This document shows, in pieces, positions 53,143-63,676 of a stretch of DNA of 64,000 nucleotides. The DNA comes from Patescibacteria group bacterium (lineage in GTDB: Bacteria; Patescibacteriota; Microgenomatia; Curtissbacterales; GWA2-41-24): positions 12,111 to 76,110 of the forward strand of contig JBBTUN010000004.1 in assembly GCA_038063735.1 (NCBI GenBank), given 5' to 3'. Each line of letters starts with the position of its first letter. The stretch's first letter is position 1. The translations under genes were made by a program, and so were the position numbers. The notes beneath the pieces are model-generated. The model searched no databases, was not told the DNA's origin, and worked only from the letters and a program-made list of their open reading frames with translations.

Positions 53143-53150
53143 AATTTAAA

Positions 53151-54095
53151 ATGATAAATAGTTTAACAACCGCCAAACAACTTGATAAAAAAACAATAAG
53201 TAAGATTTTTACAAGTGCAGACAAAGTAAAATCTAAAAGATTTAATAAAAATTTGCTTCAGGGTAAACTAATGGCCACCTTATTTTACGAACCATCGACC
53301 AGGACACGACTATCCTTTGAATCGGCCATGCAAAAACTTGGAGGCAATGTAATCACTACAGAAAATGCTGCTGAATTTTCATCAGCCATAAAAGGTGAGA
53401 CGCTAGAAGACACTATACGGGTAGTTCAGTCGTTTGCAGATGTAATTGTACTCAGGCATTTTGCAGAAGGAGCATCAGAAATCGCTGCAGAATATTCCAA
53501 AGTACCAATCATTAATGCTGGAGACGGTAGGGGCGAACACCCCACACAAGCCTTGCTCGACCTTTACACGATATTTTCCAAGTTTCCTAGTGTTGGCACA
53601 AAAAAAATACGGATTGCAATGGTTGGTGATCTAGCTAACGGCAGAACAGTCCACTCTTTAAGCTATTTACTTACACTCTTCAACCAGATTGAACTGATTT
53701 ACATTTCTCCAAAAGCTTTGTCCATTCCAGAATCATTGAGGGAATTTCTAAAAGACAAAAAAATGCAATTTACCCAGTCGGAAAAATTAGATGACGCATT
53801 AAAAATAGCAGATGTTATCTATCAGACCAGAATACAAAAGGAAAGATTTGTTTCCTCGGGTGACGGTGCATATAGTGAAAGCGAGTATCTTCATTATTTT
53901 GGTAAATATGTGATAGATAAAAAAACTTTGGTAAAAATAAAAAAAAGTGCTGTCATAATGCACCCGTTACCACGTGTTAACGAAATTTCACCGGAAATTG
54001 ACTCAGACCCGAGAGCCATCTATTTTGAGCAGGTACAAAACGGACTTTACATAAGAATGGCCCTTCTTATTTACCTCTTTGACAAAAAGAGTTAA
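53151..54095 (+). CDS. pyrB: aspartate carbamoyltransferase catalytic subunit
   Basis: FYEPSTRTRLSFE, INAGDG..EHPTQALLD, TRIQKER, MHPLPR. Confidence 0.96.
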   Translation: MINSLTTAKQLDKKTISKIFTSADKVKSKRFNKNLLQGKLMATLFYEPSTRTRLSFESAMQKLGGNVITTENAAEFSSAIKGETLEDTIRVVQSFADVIVLRHFAEGASEIAAEYSKVPIINAGDGRGEHPTQALLDLYTIFSKFPSVGTKKIRIAMVGDLANGRTVHSLSYLLTLFNQIELIYISPKALSIPESLREFLKDKKMQFTQSEKLDDALKIADVIYQTRIQKERFVSSGDGAYSESEYLHYFGKYVIDKKTLVKIKKSAVIMHPLPRVNEISPEIDSDPRAIYFEQVQNGLYIRMALLIYLFDKKS

Positions 54096-54131
54096 AAAAT
54101 TCAATAATTTTATATAGCACATCTAAACCAC

Positions 54132-54887
54132 ATGTTTGATAAACCACATTTATCCGTAATAATCCCTGCTTACAACGAGGAGCCCAATTTTGAAAAGGGT
54201 GCCATAGATGAAGTCCCAAAATACTTAGAAAAACAGGATTATACACACGAAATACTAATAGTAGATGACGGATCAAGTGACAATACTGCAAAACTAGCTC
54301 TGGAATTTGCTAAAAAAAATAAAAATGTAAGAGTCATCAAAAACCCGCACGAAGGAAAAGCAGAGACAGTAAAAAGAGGCGTACAAGAAGCAAAAGGTGA
54401 GTATATACTCTTTACGGATTTCGACCAAGCGACACCTATTCACGAGGTAGAAAAACTCCTCGCTTATTTCCCGGAGTACGACATAGTTATTGGATCAAGA
54501 CAATTGCCTGGTGCAAAACGGGAGAAAGAACCATTTCATAGGCATTTGATGGGTCTTGTATTTAATATTCTGGTTCAAATCATTGCAATACGCGGAATAT
54601 GGGACACACAAGCCGGGTTTAAATGCTTTAAAAGTGATACAGCAAAGGACTTATTTGAAAAGTTAAAAGTTTATGGTAAAGGTAAAAAAGTTCAAGGCGC
54701 GCTCGTAACAGCTTTTGACGTTGAGCTTTTGTTTATAGCCAAAAAACATAAATTCAAAATCAAAGAGGTGCCAATAATATGGCATCACGTATCAACGACT
54801 CGCGTAAACCCAATTAAGGATTCCTTAAGGATGCTAAGAGATGTAATTAAAATTCGCCTTAATGACTTCCGTGGCGTCTATAAATAA
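54132..54887 (+). CDS. GT2 polyprenyl-phosphate glycosyltransferase (dolichyl-P beta-glucosyltransferase-like)
   Basis: IIPAYNE, VDDGS, FTDFD, DTQAGFK, FDVELL. Confidence 0.85.
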   Translation: MFDKPHLSVIIPAYNEEPNFEKGAIDEVPKYLEKQDYTHEILIVDDGSSDNTAKLALEFAKKNKNVRVIKNPHEGKAETVKRGVQEAKGEYILFTDFDQATPIHEVEKLLAYFPEYDIVIGSRQLPGAKREKEPFHRHLMGLVFNILVQIIAIRGIWDTQAGFKCFKSDTAKDLFEKLKVYGKGKKVQGALVTAFDVELLFIAKKHKFKIKEVPIIWHHVSTTRVNPIKDSLRMLRDVIKIRLNDFRGVYK

Positions 54888-56256
54888 TTTCCTAAAGAGA
54901 AACATTCTATATATCCTGCTCATAATTATTGCTCTTGCGTTCAGAATTTGGGATATTACCGAATCTTTCCCGTTCGACTACGACCAGGCAATCTCGGCGC
55001 AAATTGCATACGATTTTTTCGTGAATCACAAATTGTCTCTTATTGGTCAAGAGTTGTCCTTTCAGGGTTTTTACCTTGGGCCTTTACATAATTGGGTTCA
55101 ATTCACCCCGTATTATTTTTGTAATCTTCAACCTGATTGTGTTCCGCATTTTTACCTGATTATTTCAATAATAACGATAGTTATAACCTATTTTTTATTA
55201 AAAAGAATATTTTCAACAGCCATCGCATTTATTGTTGCTCTAATTTACTCCATATCGTATACAGCTATTTCATTCGAAAGGGGTGTAAACAGTAATTATT
55301 TTTTATTTTTTACCACCGTTGTTGTTATTTACTGCTTACATGAATACTATTTGAATAAAAACAAATTTCTAATAATTGGCGCATTTTTTACAGGTATCGC
55401 TGTCGTAAATTTTAACCCTGTTTTTATTTTCTCAACCGCATTTTTTTACATATCGACAATCTTAAGAGGCCGGATCAATATAAAATATTACGTGCTCTCG
55501 CTGGTTGCTTTTTTTATTAACTATTTACCACTGGCAGTTTTTGATTATCGACATGACCATATCCTTCTTAATAATTTGGCAAACTTCTTTAATCAAAACA
55601 CGGCAAACGAAGATTTTTTTTATAGACTGCATTTTTTGATAGGTAAAATTTTTGTACCTTTTAACACATATTATTTATTCCATTCAACAAAAATTTGGTA
55701 CGTAATTATATTTCTTACTACATTAATTCCAGGTGTGATAGTTATCCTAAAAAGCAAAAGTAAATTATACATATCTCTCCTGATTTGGCCACCGCTCGTA
55801 ATTTTGGGATTTCTCTTTTATAAGGGTCATATACCTGATTATTATTTTCAACAATTTGTAGTTGTGATTCTAATAATTTTAGCATTTGCCCTCGCAAAAA
55901 AACCTATAATCGCGATCGCGTTTATTGCCTTGCTAACATATGTAAATGTAAATCTCCTCGTGCATTCAAAGTACCCGATAAATTACCAGCTTAAAAAGAA
56001 AGTAGTAAATTCTATTCTAGAAAGTACAAAGGAAGATTCTTTTAATGTTTACTACAGTATGCCACCAGGGCTAAATACGGGTTATTCGACTATTTTTAAG
56101 CTATATCAAAGATACCCTCAAGAAAATCAGAAAAATCTTTATATTATCGACTATTCTGATGCCAAGTCTTTCGATATGAAAAAGTACGCTCAACTTGGCA
56201 AAGTAACTCAAGTTCAGTCATTTGATAGTTTTCTTAGAGTTGTTTCAGTAAAATGA
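54862..56256 (+). CDS. GT-C (ArnT/PMT-like) membrane glycosyltransferase
   Basis: FDYDQ, LIGQ...GFYLGP, PLAVFDYRHD; multi-TM. Confidence 0.7.
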   Translation: MTSVASINNFLKRNILYILLIIIALAFRIWDITESFPFDYDQAISAQIAYDFFVNHKLSLIGQELSFQGFYLGPLHNWVQFTPYYFCNLQPDCVPHFYLIISIITIVITYFLLKRIFSTAIAFIVALIYSISYTAISFERGVNSNYFLFFTTVVVIYCLHEYYLNKNKFLIIGAFFTGIAVVNFNPVFIFSTAFFYISTILRGRINIKYYVLSLVAFFINYLPLAVFDYRHDHILLNNLANFFNQNTANEDFFYRLHFLIGKIFVPFNTYYLFHSTKIWYVIIFLTTLIPGVIVILKSKSKLYISLLIWPPLVILGFLFYKGHIPDYYFQQFVVVILIILAFALAKKPIIAIAFIALLTYVNVNLLVHSKYPINYQLKKKVVNSILESTKEDSFNVYYSMPPGLNTGYSTIFKLYQRYPQENQKNLYIIDYSDAKSFDMKKYAQLGKVTQVQSFDSFLRVVSVK

Positions 56257-56263
56257 GATACCT

Positions 56264-57463
56264 ATGACCAAACAAGAAAAAGTGCTAATGACACTTGGCA
56301 TTTTAATTTACTCGTTACTTACGATATTTTCCTATGCCTACGTTGATTTAAATCTTACGTTAAGCCAAAACTCAACAGCGCTAGCCTTCGTCTCCTTTAT
56401 GCAAATTCTAGGTTATTTTCAAAGAAGTCTTAGCACCAAACTATATATATTGATTGTTTCGGTATTATTTTCTTATCTCCTATACCATCTCTATTTGGCA
56501 GCAAAGGGTTCCTTGTCCATTAAATACGTCTTTAAAATTGTGATCGTTTTATCAGTCCTTAGCGCCCTTGCGTATCCATTCTTATCTTCTGACGTGTTCA
56601 ATTATCTTTTTGACGCCAAAATAGTCTTAAAATACCACTTAAACCCTTACACCCACCGAGCTATGGATTTTCCAAACGACGATTGGGTACGATTTATGCG
56701 CTGGATACATAGATATTCACCATACGGACCCATGTGGCTAATTTTATCAATCTTTCCTGCATTTTTTAGTTTTGGAAAATTTACGCTTAACCTGCTCTTA
56801 TTCAAAATACTAATGGCGGCCTTTCATATTTTGAATACATATTTGATTTACTCAATTCTTAGAAAGATCAATCCATCAAAGGTGATTTTTGGGGTCTCCC
56901 TTTACGGTTTAAACCCGCTTTTTATTATAGAAGGCATCATCAATGCTCATAACGACGTCGTTATTGCCTCCTTTATGTTGCTGTCAATATATTTAGTTAT
57001 TAATAAAAATCATATCGCAAGTTTTGTGTCACTAATAATAGGGTTTTTAATGAAATATTTCCCTATCCTTAATTTGCCGTGGCTGATTTTGTTCGCGATA
57101 AGAAATAAGTTAAGTATTAAAACTTTTATACTTCTCAATATATTGACAATGATTTTTTTCACCTTTATTTACTCAACTTTTAAAGTTTCCGTGCCATTTG
57201 TGTCCAGTGGCGCAACCCAGACCCAATTTCAACCGTGGTATCTATTTTGGACAGTTCCGTTGCTAGTCCTCACTTTAAGAAAAGACTTTATTGCAGTAGC
57301 CCTTGCGTTGTCTATTGGGGCCCTGATGCGCTATTTACCTTATTTATACTGGGGAGACTGGTCTCACAACAACACAATCATTTTTATGCAAGCGACGACC
57401 ATAGCACCTGCAATTGCTGTCGCTTTTTTCTTTTTAGTTAAAGAACACTTGCTCAAGAAATGA
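56264..57463 (+). CDS. GT-C polyprenyl-P-sugar glycosyltransferase (MptA/B, GT87-like)
   Basis: PFLSSDVFNY, SPYGP, LNPL..IE...NAHND, FQPWYLFW. Confidence 0.75.
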   Translation: MTKQEKVLMTLGILIYSLLTIFSYAYVDLNLTLSQNSTALAFVSFMQILGYFQRSLSTKLYILIVSVLFSYLLYHLYLAAKGSLSIKYVFKIVIVLSVLSALAYPFLSSDVFNYLFDAKIVLKYHLNPYTHRAMDFPNDDWVRFMRWIHRYSPYGPMWLILSIFPAFFSFGKFTLNLLLFKILMAAFHILNTYLIYSILRKINPSKVIFGVSLYGLNPLFIIEGIINAHNDVVIASFMLLSIYLVINKNHIASFVSLIIGFLMKYFPILNLPWLILFAIRNKLSIKTFILLNILTMIFFTFIYSTFKVSVPFVSSGATQTQFQPWYLFWTVPLLVLTLRKDFIAVALALSIGALMRYLPYLYWGDWSHNNTIIFMQATTIAPAIAVAFFFLVKEHLLKK

Positions 57464-57464
57464 C

Positions 57465-59846
57465 ATGATTAAAAAAATTGCGCCACTAATTTTAATAATT
57501 GTAATAACTCTCCTCGTTTTTTTTAAGATATTTTTTCAGGGATTATACCCATTTCCCGGAGATGCACTGGTGTCTCAAAACTTCCCTTGGTATGCAGGGG
57601 GTTGGACGGGATACGACCCCTGGACAACCTATAAACACGCTGGAGCAGTTGACGCAAACAGAGAACACATACCATGGCATCACTTAACAATCACAAATAT
57701 AAAACAATACGCGACGTTACCCTTATGGAACCCGCATAATTACTCTGGGACGCCTCATCTTGCCAACATCCAAACATTCATTTTCAATCCGATTAACGTA
57801 TTATTTTTATTTCTACCATTTTTCTCTGCTTGGGTTGTCTTCATAATTCTGCAGATGCCTCTAACCATGTTCTTTACTTATTTATTTTCAAGAAGCCTAG
57901 GATTAACAAAAAGGTCAAGTTTCTTTGCAGGATTTGCGTACGTTTTCTCTAGCTATTTTATATTTTGGTATGAGATTGGAATTATTGGAAATACAATTAT
58001 GTGGCTACCTCTAATCTTGTATTCTATCCAAAATCTCCTAACAACTCTAAAAAATAGATACTTATTTTTATTAATAATTGCGTCAACAGCATCCATCTTC
58101 GCAGGCCATATCCAGACGAGCTCATTCATCTTCCTTGTCGCAGTAGCATTCTTTGTATTTCAAGCCTTTTCAATATCCAGTGAGAAGAAAAAATCTGTGC
58201 TACTTCTATGCGCTTGGCTTGTTTCGACCATTTTACTAACCGCAATTCAAACGGTTCCAACAATCGAACTATATATAAATTCCCCTTTGGTCAAACCCTT
58301 TTCTAAAGAAATATTTAATACAGACACCATGCCACTCATAAACCTAATGAGTCTTTTTGCCCCAGATTTTTTCGGAAGCTTTGCTACTAATAACACGTGG
58401 GTCAAGGGTTACGGTGATAGCACTCCAAATATAGGTACGTTGCCACTCCTATTTTCCATTTTCGCAGTATTTAGTGTAAGAAAAAGAGAAGTCAAATTTT
58501 TTTTAATCCTAGCGATAGCATTTCTTCTATTCGCAACAAAAAGCCCCTTATACTTATTAATTAAGAACTTGGGAGTGCCAATTTTGACAGGCACATCTCC
58601 CACACGCACGATATTCGTTTTTTGTTTTAGCTTGTCAATTCTAGCTGCCTGTGGCCTAGAGCAGTTTATAAAATCTAAAAAGCTGAGTAAAAGTTTATAT
58701 TTACTAATATCGATATTTTTTGTGACCTACGGGGCTATCATAGCTTCAACTTTTTTTTTACCGATACTATTAAAAGATCAGAGCATTGGGACTAATTTAT
58801 TAGTAACTAGGAGAAACCTAATAATTCCCTTAACGAGTCTGTTAATTTTGATTTTCGTAATCGTGGTAGGGAAAGTTTTTTCAAAAGCAAAATTTAGAGT
58901 TCGACAAGCACAAATTTATATTATTCTGGTAGTAACACTGCTTGCGGGTATTTACCAATTTAATAAAATGTCACCTTTCTCAAAAGCAAAAGACTTTTTT
59001 CCGGAACACTCTTTAATCAGCTGGCTGCAAGACAATGCCTCAATAAATAGGTTTTATGGAGAGGGAACATCCAGGTTTGATAATAACCTGGCCACCTACT
59101 ATCACATTTACTCGGCAGAGGGTTATAGCGTTTTTAGACTAACCAGATATGCAGAGTTAATGGTATCGCAAGATTCAGGGAAAGTCCCATTAAAATATAA
59201 CCGAGCCGACGCGGAATTTAGTACAGTAAACAGTCACAACAAAAAAAGGCTCTTTAACCTATTAGGTATAAAATATTTGGTCCTTAAAGACGATTTTGCA
59301 AGAGATGCCACAGTAGATGATGTAGGCAAGCCGGAAGACGACGTAAAACTAGCTTGGCAAGAGGGGAAATTTAAAATTTATGAAAGAAACCAGGTATTAC
59401 CCAGGTTCTTTTTATCCTCGGACTTTGTGGTTGCTAAAGATGACCAAGAAATACTAGACAAAATTTATGATGATAACTTTAATCTCCACACAATAATACT
59501 CGAAAAAAGCCCTATTGCCGCATTAAACACATCACCCACTGACCAAGTGGAATTAATAGACTATAAACCTAATACTGTTTCGTTTAAAACAAAAACCGAA
59601 GGTAACACATTATTATTTTTATCAGACACTTTCTATCCCGGATGGGAAGCCAAAGTCGATAATTCCAAAACGGATATTTACAGGGCAGATTATGCTCTGC
59701 GAGCAATCGAAATTCCAAAAGGTGACCATCTAATCACCTTTAGATACAAACCAGTCTCATATTTGTTGGGTCTATACATTACCTTAACTACATTATTAAT
59801 AATGGTTGTATCACTACTATGGTTAATAAAATACAAAAAATTTTGA
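57465..59846 (+). CDS. YfhO family membrane protein
   Basis: PLWNPHNYSGTPHLAN; C-terminal LFLSDTFYPGWEAKVD...RADYALRAI.IPKGDH.ITFRYKP. Confidence 0.85.
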   Translation: MIKKIAPLILIIVITLLVFFKIFFQGLYPFPGDALVSQNFPWYAGGWTGYDPWTTYKHAGAVDANREHIPWHHLTITNIKQYATLPLWNPHNYSGTPHLANIQTFIFNPINVLFLFLPFFSAWVVFIILQMPLTMFFTYLFSRSLGLTKRSSFFAGFAYVFSSYFIFWYEIGIIGNTIMWLPLILYSIQNLLTTLKNRYLFLLIIASTASIFAGHIQTSSFIFLVAVAFFVFQAFSISSEKKKSVLLLCAWLVSTILLTAIQTVPTIELYINSPLVKPFSKEIFNTDTMPLINLMSLFAPDFFGSFATNNTWVKGYGDSTPNIGTLPLLFSIFAVFSVRKREVKFFLILAIAFLLFATKSPLYLLIKNLGVPILTGTSPTRTIFVFCFSLSILAACGLEQFIKSKKLSKSLYLLISIFFVTYGAIIASTFFLPILLKDQSIGTNLLVTRRNLIIPLTSLLILIFVIVVGKVFSKAKFRVRQAQIYIILVVTLLAGIYQFNKMSPFSKAKDFFPEHSLISWLQDNASINRFYGEGTSRFDNNLATYYHIYSAEGYSVFRLTRYAELMVSQDSGKVPLKYNRADAEFSTVNSHNKKRLFNLLGIKYLVLKDDFARDATVDDVGKPEDDVKLAWQEGKFKIYERNQVLPRFFLSSDFVVAKDDQEILDKIYDDNFNLHTIILEKSPIAALNTSPTDQVELIDYKPNTVSFKTKTEGNTLLFLSDTFYPGWEAKVDNSKTDIYRADYALRAIEIPKGDHLITFRYKPVSYLLGLYITLTTLLIMVVSLLWLIKYKKF

Positions 59847-61423
59847 AAAATAAATACACCATCCTATTAATCGTTTTCACATTAGTTGCCCTCTGGCCAT
59901 TTTTCAAACACAGCTTTTTTGAGAGTCATGACGGAGAGTGGATGATTATCAGGTTTTCTGCTTTTCACCAGGCATTAGTTTCCGGCCAATTTCCGGTAAG
60001 GTATGTAGATAGGCTTAACAATAATTACGGATACCCGGTTTTAAACTTTTTGTACCCGCTGCCTTTTTATCTAGCCGAAATTCCAAAACTGCTTGGCTTC
60101 AACTTCACAAACAGTATAAAAATAATCTTCGCAGTTTCCACACTCGTCTCAACACTCGCAATGTTTGCAGCGCTATCGCAAAGGTTCTCAAGGGGCGCGA
60201 GTTTTGTGGGGAGTTTCGTGTATCTTTTTATTCCTTACAGGTTTGTAGACCTCTATGTGAGAGGCTCACTTGGTGAGAACCTCTCCTTTGCAATAATTCC
60301 ACTAGCTCTTTTATCAATTTTTAAAATTGCTAAAAATAGCCATATTTTTTATCCATTTTTATCTATTTCAGTAGCTTTACTAATCTTATCCCACAATGTA
60401 ATTGCATTTTTGTTTTTACCTGTGTTAACTGCTATTTCTTTGATTGAAATCAAAAAGGATAAAATCAAAGCTCTTTTTGCAATAATACTCGGTGTTTTAA
60501 TGTCCACCTTCTTCTGGTTTCCGGCACTTTACGATCTGCAATATGTGCGGCTGTCACAAATGAGGGTAGCAAACCCCATCGAACACCTTATTCCGCTTAC
60601 TAAAATTATTTACTCACAATGGAATTTTGGCTCGGTACCAGGACAATTAAATGGTTTTTCTGCACAGCTAGGTGTTATTACAGCTTTAATGATATGCATA
60701 TCGATTTTCATAAAAATTAGAAAAAAAGATTATTCTAAATTAGAAACTTTTGCAATTGTAGTAATAATCGTCTCTGCTTTTCTGATTTCAGATGTGTCAA
60801 GCGTGGTCTGGAAGAAAATACCCTTAATAGACATAATTCAATTCCCATGGAGATTGCTATCTTTAGTGGTGTTCTCAACTGCAATACTGTCTGCTTACTG
60901 CATCGAAAAAATAAATAAACCTATTCTAACTGTTGGTATTGTCTTTTTAGTATTTGCCCTTGTAATTTCTTACACAAAACCAAAAGGATTCTTAAATTAT
61001 CCAGACAGTTACTATTCAACCAACGAGGCATCAACAACCGTCCTTGATGAATACATGCCGCTTTGGGTGAAAGGCAATCCACAGAGAGTCTATTCAAAAA
61101 TTATACCAGGCTTATTTTCAATTTCCGGTTCTATAATTAAATCTGCAGATTACTCAGTGAGAATCAACGTCTGGGAGGACACAAAACTAAAGATTGCCAC
61201 AATATACTTTCCAGGGTTTATTGCGACAATTGATGGTAAGCCAACTCCGATTAGTTATGACTCAGACGGACTAATTAATATTCAATTGCCAAAGGGTGAT
61301 CACGAAGTTATAATCAAATACGGTAAATCACCAATTCATTTAGCGTCAGAATTAATTTCACTCACAGCTTCATTTATTGTTGGTATATTATTTTTTAGAT
61401 TATGGCAAAAACAAAATTCTTAG
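59819..61423 (+). CDS. PTPS-related/YfhO-like GT-C membrane protein
   Basis: ESHDG, GQFPVR, YGYPVLNFLYPL, DLYVRG..GE, IQFPWR, YFPG. Confidence 0.75.
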   Translation: MVNKIQKILKNKYTILLIVFTLVALWPFFKHSFFESHDGEWMIIRFSAFHQALVSGQFPVRYVDRLNNNYGYPVLNFLYPLPFYLAEIPKLLGFNFTNSIKIIFAVSTLVSTLAMFAALSQRFSRGASFVGSFVYLFIPYRFVDLYVRGSLGENLSFAIIPLALLSIFKIAKNSHIFYPFLSISVALLILSHNVIAFLFLPVLTAISLIEIKKDKIKALFAIILGVLMSTFFWFPALYDLQYVRLSQMRVANPIEHLIPLTKIIYSQWNFGSVPGQLNGFSAQLGVITALMICISIFIKIRKKDYSKLETFAIVVIIVSAFLISDVSSVVWKKIPLIDIIQFPWRLLSLVVFSTAILSAYCIEKINKPILTVGIVFLVFALVISYTKPKGFLNYPDSYYSTNEASTTVLDEYMPLWVKGNPQRVYSKIIPGLFSISGSIIKSADYSVRINVWEDTKLKIATIYFPGFIATIDGKPTPISYDSDGLINIQLPKGDHEVIIKYGKSPIHLASELISLTASFIVGILFFRLWQKQNS

Positions 61424-62376
61424 TAACTGGAGGCGCCGGATTTATAGGATCCGAAATTGTCAGGCAACTTCTGTTAGTGGGATATGATGTAACTGTAGCT
61501 GACAATCTTTCCAAAAAGGACGCACAAATCGACCCCAAAGCGAAATTTCTCAAAATAGATCTTACAGACAAGCTAGAAACAAAAAAAGCTTTCAAAAATA
61601 TAGATATATGTATAAACGCTGCAGCAAAAATTGGAGGCATTGGTTACTTTCATAAGTATCCCGCAACAATTCTTTCGGAAAATAATAAAATTTATTCTTC
61701 CACATTCGAAGCGGCAGCAGAAGCGGCGGTAAAAAGAATTGTATACATTTCATCGTCGATGGTATTCGAGTCTGCAACAAAATTTCCATCAAAGGAAGAA
61801 GATGTAGAAAAAATTCCACCGCCTGTTTCCTCTTATGGCTTTTCGAAACTAACCGGAGAATGGTATTGTCACTCGTTTTATGATCAGTATAAATTACATT
61901 ACTCCATTTGCAGACCCTTTAATGCATACGGCGTTAATGAGTTTCCGGAAAGGGAAGTGGGCTACGCCCATGTTATACCGGATTTAGTCAGAAAAATATT
62001 ATCCGGCCAGTATCCTTTAGAAATGCTGGGAAATGGAAAGCAAACTCGTTGCTTTACTCATGTTTCAGATGTTGCTGGAGGCATCATCGCAGTAGCCTTA
62101 CACCCAAAGGGTCAGAATCAAGATTTTAATATAGGATCTGATAAAGAGATAAATATGGAAGAATTGGCTCGAAAAATTTGGCAGGTCATGAAAGTTAAGA
62201 AACCTTTTAAAGTTAAATACGTAAAAGGGTTTAAATTTGATATTAAAAAACGTGTCCCAAATGTTTCAAAAGTAAAAAGGCTCATAAATTGGGAACCACA
62301 GGTAAAATTTGAAGATGGATTAAAGGAGGTTGCAGCTTGGCTAGAAAGTCAAAAGCAGCAGGGAAAGCTCAAGTAG
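61402..62376 (+). CDS. NAD-dependent epimerase/dehydratase
   Basis: TGGAGFIG, SSSMVF, YGFSK, RPFNAYG. Confidence 0.88.
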   Translation: MAKTKFLVTGGAGFIGSEIVRQLLLVGYDVTVADNLSKKDAQIDPKAKFLKIDLTDKLETKKAFKNIDICINAAAKIGGIGYFHKYPATILSENNKIYSSTFEAAAEAAVKRIVYISSSMVFESATKFPSKEEDVEKIPPPVSSYGFSKLTGEWYCHSFYDQYKLHYSICRPFNAYGVNEFPEREVGYAHVIPDLVRKILSGQYPLEMLGNGKQTRCFTHVSDVAGGIIAVALHPKGQNQDFNIGSDKEINMEELARKIWQVMKVKKPFKVKYVKGFKFDIKKRVPNVSKVKRLINWEPQVKFEDGLKEVAAWLESQKQQGKLK

Positions 62377-63668
62377 TATCTATTGTAGGAATTGGTAGAG
62401 TGGGTCTTCCACTTGCATTGTTTCTTGCAGAAGGCGGATGCAAAGTTTATGGTCTTGATGTCGATTCCCGGAAAGTAAATGTAATCAGTAAAGGCGCTAT
62501 GCCATTTAGAGAGGACGGGGCAGAAGAACTGCTTAAAAAACATATCGGCAAATCTTTTATTCCCACAACGGACTTTAGCAATATCTCGAAAAGCAAAATA
62601 ATTATTTTAACCCTGGGGACACCGGTGGATGACAATATGAACCCGTCATTGGTGCAAATAGATAGGGCTCTCGAGTCGATAAAACCCTTTTTTAGGCCGG
62701 GACAGCTGCTTGTGCTAAGATCAACAGTTTCACCAGGAACAACAAATTATGTCAGATCCTCTATAAACGAAGTAGGAAAAGTTAAAGTGGGAGTGAATTT
62801 TTACCTAGCCTTTTGTCCCGAAAGAATAGCAGAAGGCAAGTCATTAAAAGAACTTAGCCAAATACCACAAATTGTTGGTGGTGTTGACAGGGCAAGCACA
62901 ATAAAAGCAGCTCAATTTTTCCAAAGCCTTGGAATAGAGGTTAATAAGTCTGATGATGTTTCCGCGGAACTATCCAAATTATTCACAAATATGTATAGAT
63001 ACATAAACTTTGCAATAGCAAATGAATTTATGATTCTGGCTGGGAATTATAACCGTGATATCTATAAAATTACAGACCTTGTCAACAAAAATTATAAAAG
63101 AGGCGGCCTGTCTCTTCCTGGCTTGACGGGTGGTCCATGTTTATTTAAAGACGGATTTTTTTTAATCAGCGATGTACCCTTTGCCGATCTTATTTCCACT
63201 AGTTGGAAAATTAATGAATCTATCCCGTTATATCTTATAAACAAAATAAGACAACGCAGAAAACTGGAAGGCAAAAAAGCTGTAATACTGGGTCTTGCGT
63301 TTAAAGCAGACATTGATGATACAAGAGAGTCACTCGCCTTTAAGGTTAACAAGGCATTGGAACGAGAAAGAGCGAAAGTATTTTTACATGATCCCTATAT
63401 CGCCGAATATCAAACAAATTTAAAGGAAACATTAAAAGACGCAGATTTTGTCTTTATTGCAACCAATCACTCATACTACAAAAAATTGGATATCGCCGAA
63501 ATAAAAAAACTAGTCTCAAAAAATTGCGTTATTTGTGATGTTTGGAATGTATTTAAGACAAACAGAATCATATTTACAATTAATTCACTAGATACTCAAA
63601 AAAACGGTAATACACCTACCTTGGAAGAATTTGAAAACAATCAAGGAATCTTCGAAAGTCTGCTCTGA
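62337..63668 (+). CDS. nucleotide-sugar dehydrogenase (WecC/TviB-like)
   Basis: GIGRVGLP, RSTVSPGTT, CPERI, GGPCLFKD, AFKADIDDTRES. Confidence 0.88.
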   Translation: MARKSKAAGKAQVVSIVGIGRVGLPLALFLAEGGCKVYGLDVDSRKVNVISKGAMPFREDGAEELLKKHIGKSFIPTTDFSNISKSKIIILTLGTPVDDNMNPSLVQIDRALESIKPFFRPGQLLVLRSTVSPGTTNYVRSSINEVGKVKVGVNFYLAFCPERIAEGKSLKELSQIPQIVGGVDRASTIKAAQFFQSLGIEVNKSDDVSAELSKLFTNMYRYINFAIANEFMILAGNYNRDIYKITDLVNKNYKRGGLSLPGLTGGPCLFKDGFFLISDVPFADLISTSWKINESIPLYLINKIRQRRKLEGKKAVILGLAFKADIDDTRESLAFKVNKALERERAKVFLHDPYIAEYQTNLKETLKDADFVFIATNHSYYKKLDIAEIKKLVSKNCVICDVWNVFKTNRIIFTINSLDTQKNGNTPTLEEFENNQGIFESLL

Positions 63669-63676
63669 AATTTAGA

